64,000 nt of DNA from Myxococcota bacterium (GTDB lineage Bacteria > Myxococcota_A > UBA9160 > SZUA-336), in the NCBI GenBank assembly GCA_965247115.1, contig CBDFGR010000003.1, forward strand, positions 1,664,001 through 1,728,000. The letters are read 5' to 3'. Below, piece after piece: positions 57,201 to 64,000 of the stretch (position 1 is its first letter; the number at the start of each line of letters is the position of its first letter). The position numbers were made by a program, and so were the translations under genes. The notes beneath the pieces are model-generated. The model saw only the letters and a list, made by a program, of their open reading frames with translations, was not told where the DNA came from and searched no databases.

Positions 57201-57694
57201 TTCTCGTTGTCGTCGACGATCAGACTGGCGACCCGGTCGTTCTCGTAGAAGGTCGTCTGGTTCGGTGTTCCGTTGCCGTCGGGATCTCTCTCGAGTCGAA
57301 CGCGGACGCCGCCTTCGAAGTACAGGACGGTGTCCCTGTTTCCGTCGTTGTCGGAGTCCTCGCGCTGGACCTGCAGCTCCTCGTCGTCGCCGAGCTCGAG
57401 CCACAGGTCGATGCGGCCGTCGCGATTCCGGTCCTCTTCCTGGCGGACCTTGTGCTCGCCCTCGAAGAACTGCCACAGGTCGACCTCACCATCGAAGTCC
57501 CGATCCTGCTCGATCCGGGCCGGTTTGCCCTCGAACAGGTGCTCCCACTGGTCGGTGCTTCCGTCGCCGTTCGTGTCCCGCTCGATCCGGATGGGCTGCT
57601 CGTTATCGTCGAAGAAGACGGATATCTGCGCGCCGCCAATCCGGGGGAACGTGAGCAGGCCGAGGATGGTGACGGCGGCGCCGAGCGGCTTCAT
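54260..57694 (-). CDS. Large secreted protein made of about 43 tandem 24-26 aa Dx[DN]xDG repeats
   Basis: Signal-peptide-like N-terminus; repeat unit e.g. DRDFDGEVDLWQFFEGEHKVRQEE; manual count about 43. Confidence 0.85.
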   Translation of the reverse strand: MKPLGAAVTILGLLTFPRIGGAQISVFFDDNEQPIRIERDTNGDGSTDQWEHLFEGKPARIEQDRDFDGEVDLWQFFEGEHKVRQEEDRNRDGRIDLWLELGDDEELQVQREDSDNDGNRDTVLYFEGGVRVRLERDPDGNGTPNQTTFYENDRVASLIVDDNENGRPESRASFGPDGSKQLEEQDTAGDGRFDLRIVYERGVRVRTETDSDGDGSYERIAHYEGDAIVREEIDVDLDGSRETQVFFEAGKRTRQQRDADSDGMIEIVVHYGPDEVRAREEVDADADGRFDTLRFYENDVIAKRSVDMDEDGRAEAVEEFVDGGIASRQIDTNEDGNFDTWVSFTDGLRTQQREDRDFDGRIDVEYDFDEELTLAQREDTNGDGQLNLRIRFFMGKPERREDDRNADGTPDFFESLEDGVLARQEIDDDFDGRVDLWNFYVAGVLEKQELDTSGSGSADRWLTLDPETGEPERVLEDLDGDGRVDSWSTFEDGVRVAQETDSDGDGQPDSFAKLSGSQIVGLTEDRNHDGEIDFRAEYDDAGQIVRDWTDEDFDGVFEASVAYLDGKRQVVELDSDGDGHAEGKVFYDASGEQRVREERDEDADGRAEVVTFFEGGVSARQEQDVDRDGRVDQWLVFGEGGEVTSEEVDTNGDSVADVVKLYAAGVQTEQREDRNFDGTHDHFARYEEGEVARTESDTDFDGKLDTEVELAAGVRDTQREDTDRDGRVDTVSVFDDGVLVRQQSDLDGNDSFETTSFYEKGSLVRIESDTDANAHIDRIAYFAKDQTDPFRIEQDTDLDGNLDATVFLQNGIEVSQELDTDGNGEVDQWLDLTSSGAVSRKREDTSSDGYPDLVVRYDEEGRPALQTEDPEADGEPSRVTRFSAGVISELEEDTNADGCRDQRQLFDPSGGLKEDIRDTDGNCKFDTWSFFQGGQLTRLEVDTNKNEIVDVWEYYDGDGSRTLQAEARGRCAKPNIVFHFAEDGERITVQEEDRNCNGRPDRLTRFAQGGIPEFSCTQRTAVRYESGLVVTSVEDTTSDGYGDQRQVFDEGIQTRFDADTNADRVPDVWVNYANGAPETQDEDSDFDGQIDVRFDLATEEVVPLNGTAALPVLDAFDRILCSDFSEFWTGARRARLASHGTLVD

Positions 57695-57708
57695 GGGGCG
57701 GAGAGTTC

Positions 57709-58755
57709 CTAGTTCGCTTGGACCCTGGTTGTGTTGAAGCTGGCGAGGATCGCTTTGTTGACGATGTACTGGATCTCTGGTGGCGGCGGCGGGAACGGAC
57801 TGGCGTGCCGGAAGGCCTGGACACAGGTCTCGCCGAGGCTCTTGTCGCTGGCGCTGGCGACGGACAAGCTGTGCGCTGATCCCCCCCGGTCGATGCGGAA
57901 GCGCAGTCGCACTTGTCCTCCTCCAACGCTCTGAGGGATGAGCCAGCGGCTGTACACCCTCTCTTCGATCATCTCCAGATACGCGAGACAGGCCGGGTCG
58001 GTTTCACAGCTCTTTTCGACGCCTCCGAGAAACCCGCGGTCGCCCACGCCCTCGAAAGCACGCGTGGAGGTGCCGGACTCGAGGTCGGCTACCCTGGCGC
58101 CCTCGATGTCCCCCTCGATCGCGCTTTGCGAGATCACTCCCCGGTTTACGACCGGCGCGTTGATGTCGGCTGCACGTGCGTTCGTGACGGGTCCGGCCGC
58201 CACGAGCTTCCGCGGTCCTGCGCTGGCTCGCGCTGCAGTCACCTGAGCGACCTTTCCGCTGACGTCCGACACCTGGGCAGGCTGGACACGGGCAGGCGTC
58301 CGGGCGAATGCGCTCACGGCTCTGGTCGCGACGGTGCGCTGCTCCACAGATTTCGGCACCTCGGTGAGCTTGGTTCGCTCGACCTGCACGCGCCGCGTCT
58401 GGTCCAGGACAGAGACCGGCTTCACCTGGACCACCTCGGGCTGGTTGATCTCCTTGAAGCGGCGCACGCTCGCATCGACACGACGCTGGGCCAGCACCTT
58501 GCGTCTCTGCTTTGGCGGCTCGGGCTCGGGCTGCTTCTCGTTGAGCATGCGCACGACGACGACCTCCTCCTCCTCCACGATGGAGCCGAGCAAGGCGTCC
58601 CAGAAGAAGAAGAGAAGACCCAGGTGAAGGGCGATCGACAGGGCGGCAAGACCTCGGTTGCTGCCGTGCTTGCTCGGCGCTAGTGGGTCGTACCTCGGCA
58701 GCGACGCGAGCTGCGCCTCGATCTTCGGACTGCCGTACGTGATGACCTGCTCCAT
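57709..58755 (-). CDS. TonB/TolA-like energy transducer
   Basis: TM helix with SIALH motif; PEPEPPK linker; C-terminal YLEMIEERVYSRW...VRLRFRIDRGG...SASDKSLGETCVQAFRHASPFPPPP. Confidence 0.85.
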   Translation of the reverse strand: MEQVITYGSPKIEAQLASLPRYDPLAPSKHGSNRGLAALSIALHLGLLFFFWDALLGSIVEEEEVVVVRMLNEKQPEPEPPKQRRKVLAQRRVDASVRRFKEINQPEVVQVKPVSVLDQTRRVQVERTKLTEVPKSVEQRTVATRAVSAFARTPARVQPAQVSDVSGKVAQVTAARASAGPRKLVAAGPVTNARAADINAPVVNRGVISQSAIEGDIEGARVADLESGTSTRAFEGVGDRGFLGGVEKSCETDPACLAYLEMIEERVYSRWLIPQSVGGGQVRLRFRIDRGGSAHSLSVASASDKSLGETCVQAFRHASPFPPPPPEIQYIVNKAILASFNTTRVQAN

Positions 58756-58866
58756 CAGACCCTTAGAGCCTCCCCGGACCCACTCTCTTCGGACGTGCCC
58801 GCAAAAACGACACTGCTTTGCAGCGGAGCGACGAACAGGTCGAGCGGCTGCGTCGGGGAGCCCTCA

Positions 58867-58896
58867 AAAATAGGCTCCAGGGAGCCGCCCTGTCAA
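58867..58896 (-). promoter_or_regulatory. Putative sigma-70 promoter of the TonB-like operon
   Basis: Minus strand TTGACA-N18-TATTTT. Confidence 0.4.
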
Positions 58897-59045
58897 CCGT
58901 CCTGTAGTTGGTAAGTACCCGTCTTTCCGTAACTTTTCTGGGCAGCTCTGGCGCAAGGCGTCTGGTTGCACGGCTCTTTTCGACCCCTGCTGTTGGCTGA
59001 CCAGGGTACCGCCGCGGCCAGGTCTGCGCCTGCGATGACGTTTGC

Positions 59046-59073
59046 TTGACAGACGTGACGCACCGCGTAAGTT
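59046..59073 (+). promoter_or_regulatory. Putative sigma-70 promoter of the patatin gene
   Basis: TTGACA-N16-TAAGTT. Confidence 0.35.
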
Positions 59074-59265
59074 GAGCAGGCGTGAGATGGGCCGATCGGG
59101 AGGGCCGCCTGAGCGCCGCTCGCACCCCCTGGCGGGCTTGAGTCGCCCCAGCCCAGGACCGATCTCCTCTGGATGGCAATGCGCATTCGTTAACCGGCCG
59201 AGTCGGTTACCGATGCGCCGACCGAGTTCGCGGAGATGCGGTCCTGGTGCTCCGAAGGAGGCTGA

Positions 59266-60576
59266 GTGGGGCTCACGCTGATTCAGCGAAGCGAGGGCCG
59301 CCGGCTGCCCGCCCATCCCAAGATCGCGCTGGTTCTCGCTGGCGGCGCGGTGAGCGGGGGGGCCTTCAAGGTGGGTGGCCTGAAGGCGCTGGACGAGTTC
59401 CTCGTCAGTCACAAGGTGACCGAGCTCGACATCTATGTCGGCCTCTCGGCCGGGGCGTTCCTGGCGACCTCGCTCTCGGGCGGCATCACACCGGACGAGA
59501 TGATCGAGGCCCTGGAGGGGACCTCGGAGCGGGTCGAGCAGCTGCGGCCAATCGACTTTTACAGCCCCAACATCGGCGAGGCGCTCGGCCGCTCGGCGGT
59601 CTTCTCAGCGCGGCTGGCCGCCTACATCCCCGGTCTCGTTCTGGACCTCGTCTCCGTCTTGCCGGAGCTTCCAGCACGGCTCGGGCCCAGCCTGCAGCGC
59701 GTGATGCGTCAGCCGACCTACACCCACCTCGAGATCTTCCTGATGGAGCTGTTTCAGGAGGTGTCTCCCAAGCGCGAGTTCCCCTCGCTGGCGGCCCTGC
59801 TGCCGGCGGGGATCTTCGACAACGCGCCGCTCGAACGCTGGCTGGCCTCGAACATGGCCCGGGTCGGTATGGCGAACTCCTTTGCCCAGCACTACCGCGA
59901 GACCGGACGCCGCCTGCACATCTCCGCCATGGACCTGGACACCGCGGAGCGCGTCATCTTCGGGCCCGAGAACGATCAGGGCCTGAGCATCTCCGAGGCG
60001 GTTCAGGCCTCGAGCGCGCTACCGGGCTTCTTCAAGCCGGTGCGTCGCGGCGGTGTCGACTATGTGGATGGGGGCGTGCCGCGGACGGCGAACATCGACG
60101 TGGCAGTGGCGCAAGGGGCGGACCTGATCATCTGCTACAACCCCTTCCGGCCCTACCTCAACCGCACGCAGCGGGACGGCTCTACCAGCCGACACTTCTT
60201 GTCGAATCGGGGCTTCACGACGGTCATCAACCAGGTGTTCCGGACCCTGCTTCACAGCCGGCTGGCGCTCAGCCTGCAGACCTACCAGCACGATGCCAGG
60301 TTCCGAGGCGACATCGTGGTGATCGAGGCGAGTGAGACGGACGAGCAGTTCTTCGGGCTGAACCCGCTGACCTTCTGGAAGCGCTTCGACGCGGTGCAGC
60401 ATGGCCTCCACGCCGTGCGCAAGACCCTCCTCGATTCCGGCGATATCCTGAAGCCGATCTTCGAGCGGTACGGGGTGGAGTTCCGCATCCCTCCCGAGCT
60501 CAGAGAGCCCGCCCCGGCCGCGGACGTGGCCTCCCCTCGTCCCTCACTCCGCGTCGTGGAGAGCGCAGCGGGATGA
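59266..60576 (+). CDS. Patatin-like phospholipase
   Basis: LAGGAVSG, GLSAG nucleophile, ASSALPGFF, YVDGG. Confidence 0.9.
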   Translation: MGLTLIQRSEGRRLPAHPKIALVLAGGAVSGGAFKVGGLKALDEFLVSHKVTELDIYVGLSAGAFLATSLSGGITPDEMIEALEGTSERVEQLRPIDFYSPNIGEALGRSAVFSARLAAYIPGLVLDLVSVLPELPARLGPSLQRVMRQPTYTHLEIFLMELFQEVSPKREFPSLAALLPAGIFDNAPLERWLASNMARVGMANSFAQHYRETGRRLHISAMDLDTAERVIFGPENDQGLSISEAVQASSALPGFFKPVRRGGVDYVDGGVPRTANIDVAVAQGADLIICYNPFRPYLNRTQRDGSTSRHFLSNRGFTTVINQVFRTLLHSRLALSLQTYQHDARFRGDIVVIEASETDEQFFGLNPLTFWKRFDAVQHGLHAVRKTLLDSGDILKPIFERYGVEFRIPPELREPAPAADVASPRPSLRVVESAAG

Positions 60577-60713
60577 GGGCGGTTCGCGAAACATACTGAA
60601 CTTGAAGGACTTTCGGGAATAGCTTCGCCCCGCCAGTGTTGAGAGGACCGAGGGCACGTGCTAAGGTGGCCCGCACGAGGGCGCCTTTCGAAGACCGGCC
60701 ACCCTGCGCGACC

Positions 60714-61469
60714 ATGTGTACTCTGATCCTCCTACACCGCGTTGTGCCCAGAAATCCGGTCGTCGTTGCGGCGAATCGAGATGAATACCTGTCGCGCGCC
60801 GCGGCGGGCCCAGTGCGCTTCCCTCCGAGGGAGCAGGGCATGCCGGCAGCGGTTGCGCCGCAGGATCTGGAAGCCGGGGGAACCTGGATGGGACTGAACA
60901 GCGACGGTCTGTTCGTTGGGCTGACCAATCGAGCGACCGCCACGGTCAGGACGGACAGGAGGTCGCGCGGGTTGCTCGTACGAGACGCGCTAGAACAGCG
61001 GACGGCCGCGGAGCTCGCCAGCGAGCTGGAGACGGGTCTCGAGGGGACCTATAACTCGTTCCACCTGGTCTACAGCGATGGCAAGGACGCCTTCCTCACT
61101 CAGCTTGAGGACCAGACTGCGGAGACCCGGCAGCTCGAGCCCGGTATCCACGTCGTCTGCAACAGAGGAGAGGATGATCCGGCGTCCAGCAAGGCCAGGG
61201 AAATCCGCCGCGCGCTGGAAGCGAGCCAGCTCGACCAATCCTTCGAGCGGGTGTTCGCGCGCCTGGCGAGCCTGCTTCGGGACCACGACATCGCCCCGAA
61301 TCCGCTCGAGAATCCATGCGTCCATACATCGGAGTTCGGTACCCGCTCCTCGGCGATCCTGAGCAGCGGTGGTCCGAAGCCGGGCTTCTGGTACGCGCCC
61401 GGCCCCCCCTGTGAGAGCAAGTTCGAGAACGTCAGCCACCTGCTGGACCCCGTTCAGTGGGCCAGATGA
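60714..61469 (+). CDS. NRDE/TANGO2 family protein
   Basis: MCTL, AANRDEY, DLEAGGTWMG, LTN, SRGLLV, FGTRSS. Confidence 0.92.
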   Translation: MCTLILLHRVVPRNPVVVAANRDEYLSRAAAGPVRFPPREQGMPAAVAPQDLEAGGTWMGLNSDGLFVGLTNRATATVRTDRRSRGLLVRDALEQRTAAELASELETGLEGTYNSFHLVYSDGKDAFLTQLEDQTAETRQLEPGIHVVCNRGEDDPASSKAREIRRALEASQLDQSFERVFARLASLLRDHDIAPNPLENPCVHTSEFGTRSSAILSSGGPKPGFWYAPGPPCESKFENVSHLLDPVQWAR

Positions 61470-61807
61470 ATCGAGGGACACGAAAGTTGAAGCGAATCGG
61501 TAGCAATCTCAGACCTGCTGAGCAGAACCCACACCGGAACTTCCGGAACATCATTCGCTACACGGAAGCCGAGGCTCCCAGCAACGAATATCCGAAACGG
61601 ATCGTCTCTCCGCCGCTGCCGAAAACGTGCTGCACCGAGGAGAACCGCGTGCTGATCGGCAACGTGCGTGAAGTCGACGGCTTCAAGTTCTGTTACAAGA
61701 TCTGCAGTGAGTGTGGGCACGCGGTGCGCTTCTTCTACCCGGCCGTGAAGACGAACGACAGGGCGGTGCGCGAGTACCGGGCCTGGAAGAAGTACATGGT
61801 TCAGTGA
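61466..61807 (+). CDS. Small hypothetical protein with CC...CxxC motif (possible zinc ribbon)
   Basis: ATGA overlap with the NRDE gene; PKTCC...CYKICSECGHAVRFF. Confidence 0.6.
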   Translation: MNRGTRKLKRIGSNLRPAEQNPHRNFRNIIRYTEAEAPSNEYPKRIVSPPLPKTCCTEENRVLIGNVREVDGFKFCYKICSECGHAVRFFYPAVKTNDRAVREYRAWKKYMVQ

Positions 61808-61828
61808 CGGCCTTGTGGGACCTGGTCT

Positions 61829-61925
61829 TGTGGGACCCGGCCGCGGGCGTCCGCGGCCACCCACCTCCGCTCAGGCCCGGGGCCTTCGCTGCGCGCGCCG
61901 CGGTCCGCGGCGCTTGCATGGGTGC
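61829..61925 (+). repeat. Long REP-like element (TGTGGGACCCGG family)
   Basis: Shares ccacccacctccgctcaggcccggggccttcgctgcgcgcgccgc exactly with the inverted copy at 52.8 kb. Confidence 0.85.
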
Positions 61926-61959
61926 CAAGCGCCGTAGGAGGTTGCCGGCTCTCCACGTG

Positions 61960-61979
61960 TGAACTTGGGGACGGTCCTT
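61960..61979 (+). repeat. Single GGGGACGGTCC-family arm
   Basis: tgaacttggggacggtcctt is the exact reverse complement of 10158-10177 (20/20). Confidence 0.75.
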
Positions 61980-62001
61980 TGGGGGCTGGGGTGGACTCGG
62001 G

Positions 62002-63138
62002 TTAGTCGGCGGGGTGGAAGGCTTGGGGGTTTCGGAGGAGGGGGTGGGGGGTGAAGATCCACTCCGGCGGCTGCTCGAAGCTCCCGTAGGGCGCGAAGCG
62101 GCGCAGTGCGGCCGCCGTGCGCCTCTCGCTGTCGGCGGGAAGCTCGGTCGAGCCCGGGTCGGCCAGCTCGACTCCGCGCGGATCCAGTCGCACCGGGCGT
62201 AGGGCTGGGAGGTCCAGGCGTTCAAGCTGATGGGCTCGGATCCAGGCCGTGCGCGCGACTCGCGGGTCGAGCTCGAGCCGGATCACATTCACTGTCTCCC
62301 GCCCCCGCACGCTCCAGGAATCGGCGTCGCGCTGGATGTGGCGTCCGACCTTGAAGGCGGCGCCGGCGGCGTGTCGAGCGTCGCGTCGACGGATTCTCGT
62401 GAACTCCCGCTGAATCCGCGTCCAGCTGTGGCGGCGCTGCGCTCGCCCTGTGTCCGGACCGAGATAGCTGCGCAGGAACCGCAGCCTCTCACTGCGAGAT
62501 ACCCCGAGCCCCTTGCGGTGGAGCTTGGCGAGCAGCGTCCAGCGGCGCTCGCCCAGTGGACCGTCGAGAAGCGCGCAGCGCTCGAAGTCGATCAGGACGA
62601 AGTCCGCCCCGTCGCTGACGAGGAAGTTGTTCGGTGACGTGTCGTCCTGGTCGATGCCGGCGTCGTGCAGCTTGCGGGAGAAGCGCGCGAAGGCATCGAG
62701 CAGGGCGCGTCGCCGGTCCACTGCCAGTCCTGGCTCTGCCAGGATCGTCTCCAGGTCTCGGGCCGGGCGTGCCGGGACCACCGAGAAGCTGCGCACCAGG
62801 ACCCCGACGCTGCGCTGTTCGCCGGTCGCGATCGGAGCGGCCACCTCGAAGCCGCGCAGAGCCACCGCGCGAGCGGTCACAGCCTCGCGACGTGCTTTCG
62901 ACGGTCGCAGGAAGTAGCGCAGCCGCGCGAGGGTCCCTGGCAGCGTGAAGACCTTGACGAACAGGTCGGGCTCCTCGGCCCCGAGTCCGACGCGATAGAG
63001 ACGTTTGCGCCCGGCCTGCTCCCGCGCGACACTGCTCGCTCGCCCGAGCACAGCGTCGGGGTCCGCCATCAGGGCGCCGAGGCCCGGGGTCGCACTTCCC
63101 TCGACCCACCAGCGGACTCTCGTCCCCAGTCCGCGCAT
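62002..63138 (-). CDS. Lipopolysaccharide kinase (InaA/Kdo/WaaP family)
   Basis: LFVKVF, SKARRE, LHDAGIDQDDTSPNNFLV, VLIDFE, SRSERLRFLRSY. Confidence 0.8.
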   Translation of the reverse strand: MRGLGTRVRWWVEGSATPGLGALMADPDAVLGRASSVAREQAGRKRLYRVGLGAEEPDLFVKVFTLPGTLARLRYFLRPSKARREAVTARAVALRGFEVAAPIATGEQRSVGVLVRSFSVVPARPARDLETILAEPGLAVDRRRALLDAFARFSRKLHDAGIDQDDTSPNNFLVSDGADFVLIDFERCALLDGPLGERRWTLLAKLHRKGLGVSRSERLRFLRSYLGPDTGRAQRRHSWTRIQREFTRIRRRDARHAAGAAFKVGRHIQRDADSWSVRGRETVNVIRLELDPRVARTAWIRAHQLERLDLPALRPVRLDPRGVELADPGSTELPADSERRTAAALRRFAPYGSFEQPPEWIFTPHPLLRNPQAFHPAD

Positions 63139-63159
63139 CACGGGCGAAGCCTAGCAAAG

Positions 63160-64000
63160 ATGACACTAGAGACCTTGGACGACGCGACGAGCTATCTCGA
63201 GGGGCTGATCAACCTCGAGCGCCGGCGGGACTTTGACTACGAGAAGCTGGGACTCGGCCGGATCCGTGCGCTGCTCGAGGCGGTCGGTCATCCGGAGCGG
63301 GGCCTCCCTTGCCTTCACATCGCGGGCTCCAAGGGCAAGGGCACGGTCGCCCTGGCGGCGGAGGTGCTGCTCCGTGCAGCGGGGCGGCGCGTCGGGACCT
63401 ATACCTCGCCTCACCTCGAGAGCTGGACGCAGCGCTTTCGCATCGATGGCGCGCCCGTCGCGGTCGAGGCGATGGTGGGCGCGCTGCGCTCGATGATCCC
63501 GGCGGTAGAGAAGCTGCGCCAGGATCCGGAGCTGCGCCCGAGCTTCTTCGACGTGTCGACCGCGCTCGCGCTTGTCCTGTTCCGAAAGCTCCGCGTGGAC
63601 GCAGGAGTCATGGAGGTCGGAATGGGCGGACGCCTGGACTCCACGAACGCAGTCGAGTCGAAGGTCTCCGTGATCACGACCATCCAGCTGGAGCACACAG
63701 AGAAGCTCGGCAAGACCGTGGAGGAGATCTGCGCGGAGAAGGCCGGAATTCTGCGCGCGGGCGTACCGGCAGCACACGGTCCACTGGTGGCCGGCGCATA
63801 CGGCGTGCTCGCTGCTCGCGCTGTTGCGTGCAATACGGAGCTGCATGCCGTCACCGCGCCCCAGGCCGAGCTCGGCCTGGACGGGCTGTCCGTGCAACTC
63901 GAGGACGGTCGGGAGCTGCGGGCGCCCATCCTGGGCCTGCACCAGGCCACCAACCTGGCGCTCGCGGTCCGGGCTTGCGAGCTCTTCGTTGGCCGTCCAT
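63160..64000 (+). CDS. folC: Folylpolyglutamate synthase/dihydrofolate synthase (3' end runs off the window)
   Basis: Manual translation from ATG 63160: MTLETLDDATSYLEGLINLE...HIAGSKGKGT, YTSPHL, EVGMGGRLDSTN, EKAGI. Confidence 0.92.
   Translation, partial: MTLETLDDATSYLEGLINLERRRDFDYEKLGLGRIRALLEAVGHPERGLPCLHIAGSKGKGTVALAAEVLLRAAGRRVGTYTSPHLESWTQRFRIDGAPVAVEAMVGALRSMIPAVEKLRQDPELRPSFFDVSTALALVLFRKLRVDAGVMEVGMGGRLDSTNAVESKVSVITTIQLEHTEKLGKTVEEICAEKAGILRAGVPAAHGPLVAGAYGVLAARAVACNTELHAVTAPQAELGLDGLSVQLEDGRELRAPILGLHQATNLALAVRACELFVGRP

Noticed and set aside
54260..57694. Interpretation as an RHS/YD-repeat toxin
   Set aside because: No RHS core terminus, no variable toxin tip and no immunity gene; the repeats are dominated by Dx[DN]xDG.
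49424..58755. Calling the locus a true Agl-Glt gliding cluster or canonical Tol-Pal
   Set aside because: Only one ExbD/TolR, no recognisable Glt beta-barrel, FHA or TPR components, and no tolB. The comparison is an analogy only.
58760..59265. Riboswitch/ncRNA or small ORFs in the 500-bp divergent intergenic region
   Set aside because: Only promoter-like hexamers were seen; the ORFs lack motifs and no known RNA consensus was recognised.

Overview
High-GC bacterial chromosome segment. The gene content (ECF/anti-sigma/DUF3106 cluster, TPR lipoproteins, motAB, CimA, glcDEF) is consistent with a flagellated diderm, possibly Myxococcota/deltaproteobacteria-like; this taxonomy is inference only. 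At the left end, a ~7.2 kb decayed genomic islet (1645-8795) lies between tRNA-Asn(GTT) (8796-8871, minus) and a degenerate copy of the tRNA 3' half (1600-1644). It carries an intact, lower-GC three-gene operon (PLP aminotransferase, cytidylyltransferase::CobD/HisC-like PLP fusion, LicD phosphotransferase) among several deletion-damaged gene remnants. The middle is mostly housekeeping: aguAB, topB, hslR, glcDEF, cimA, ECF sigma cluster, sppA, motAB, pdxH, ltaE, comM. At 49.4-58.8 kb two convergent operons encode OmpA lipoprotein-VWA protein-ExbB-ExbD and TonB/TolA-like protein-1144 aa protein with ~43 Dx[DN]xDG repeats-lipoprotein with 8 such repeats. This is the best candidate for an undescribed energised cell-envelope system. 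Two families of intergenic palindromic repeats occur across the window. No CRISPR, rRNA, integrase or transposase was found. All calls come from motif recognition by eye, with no database searches.
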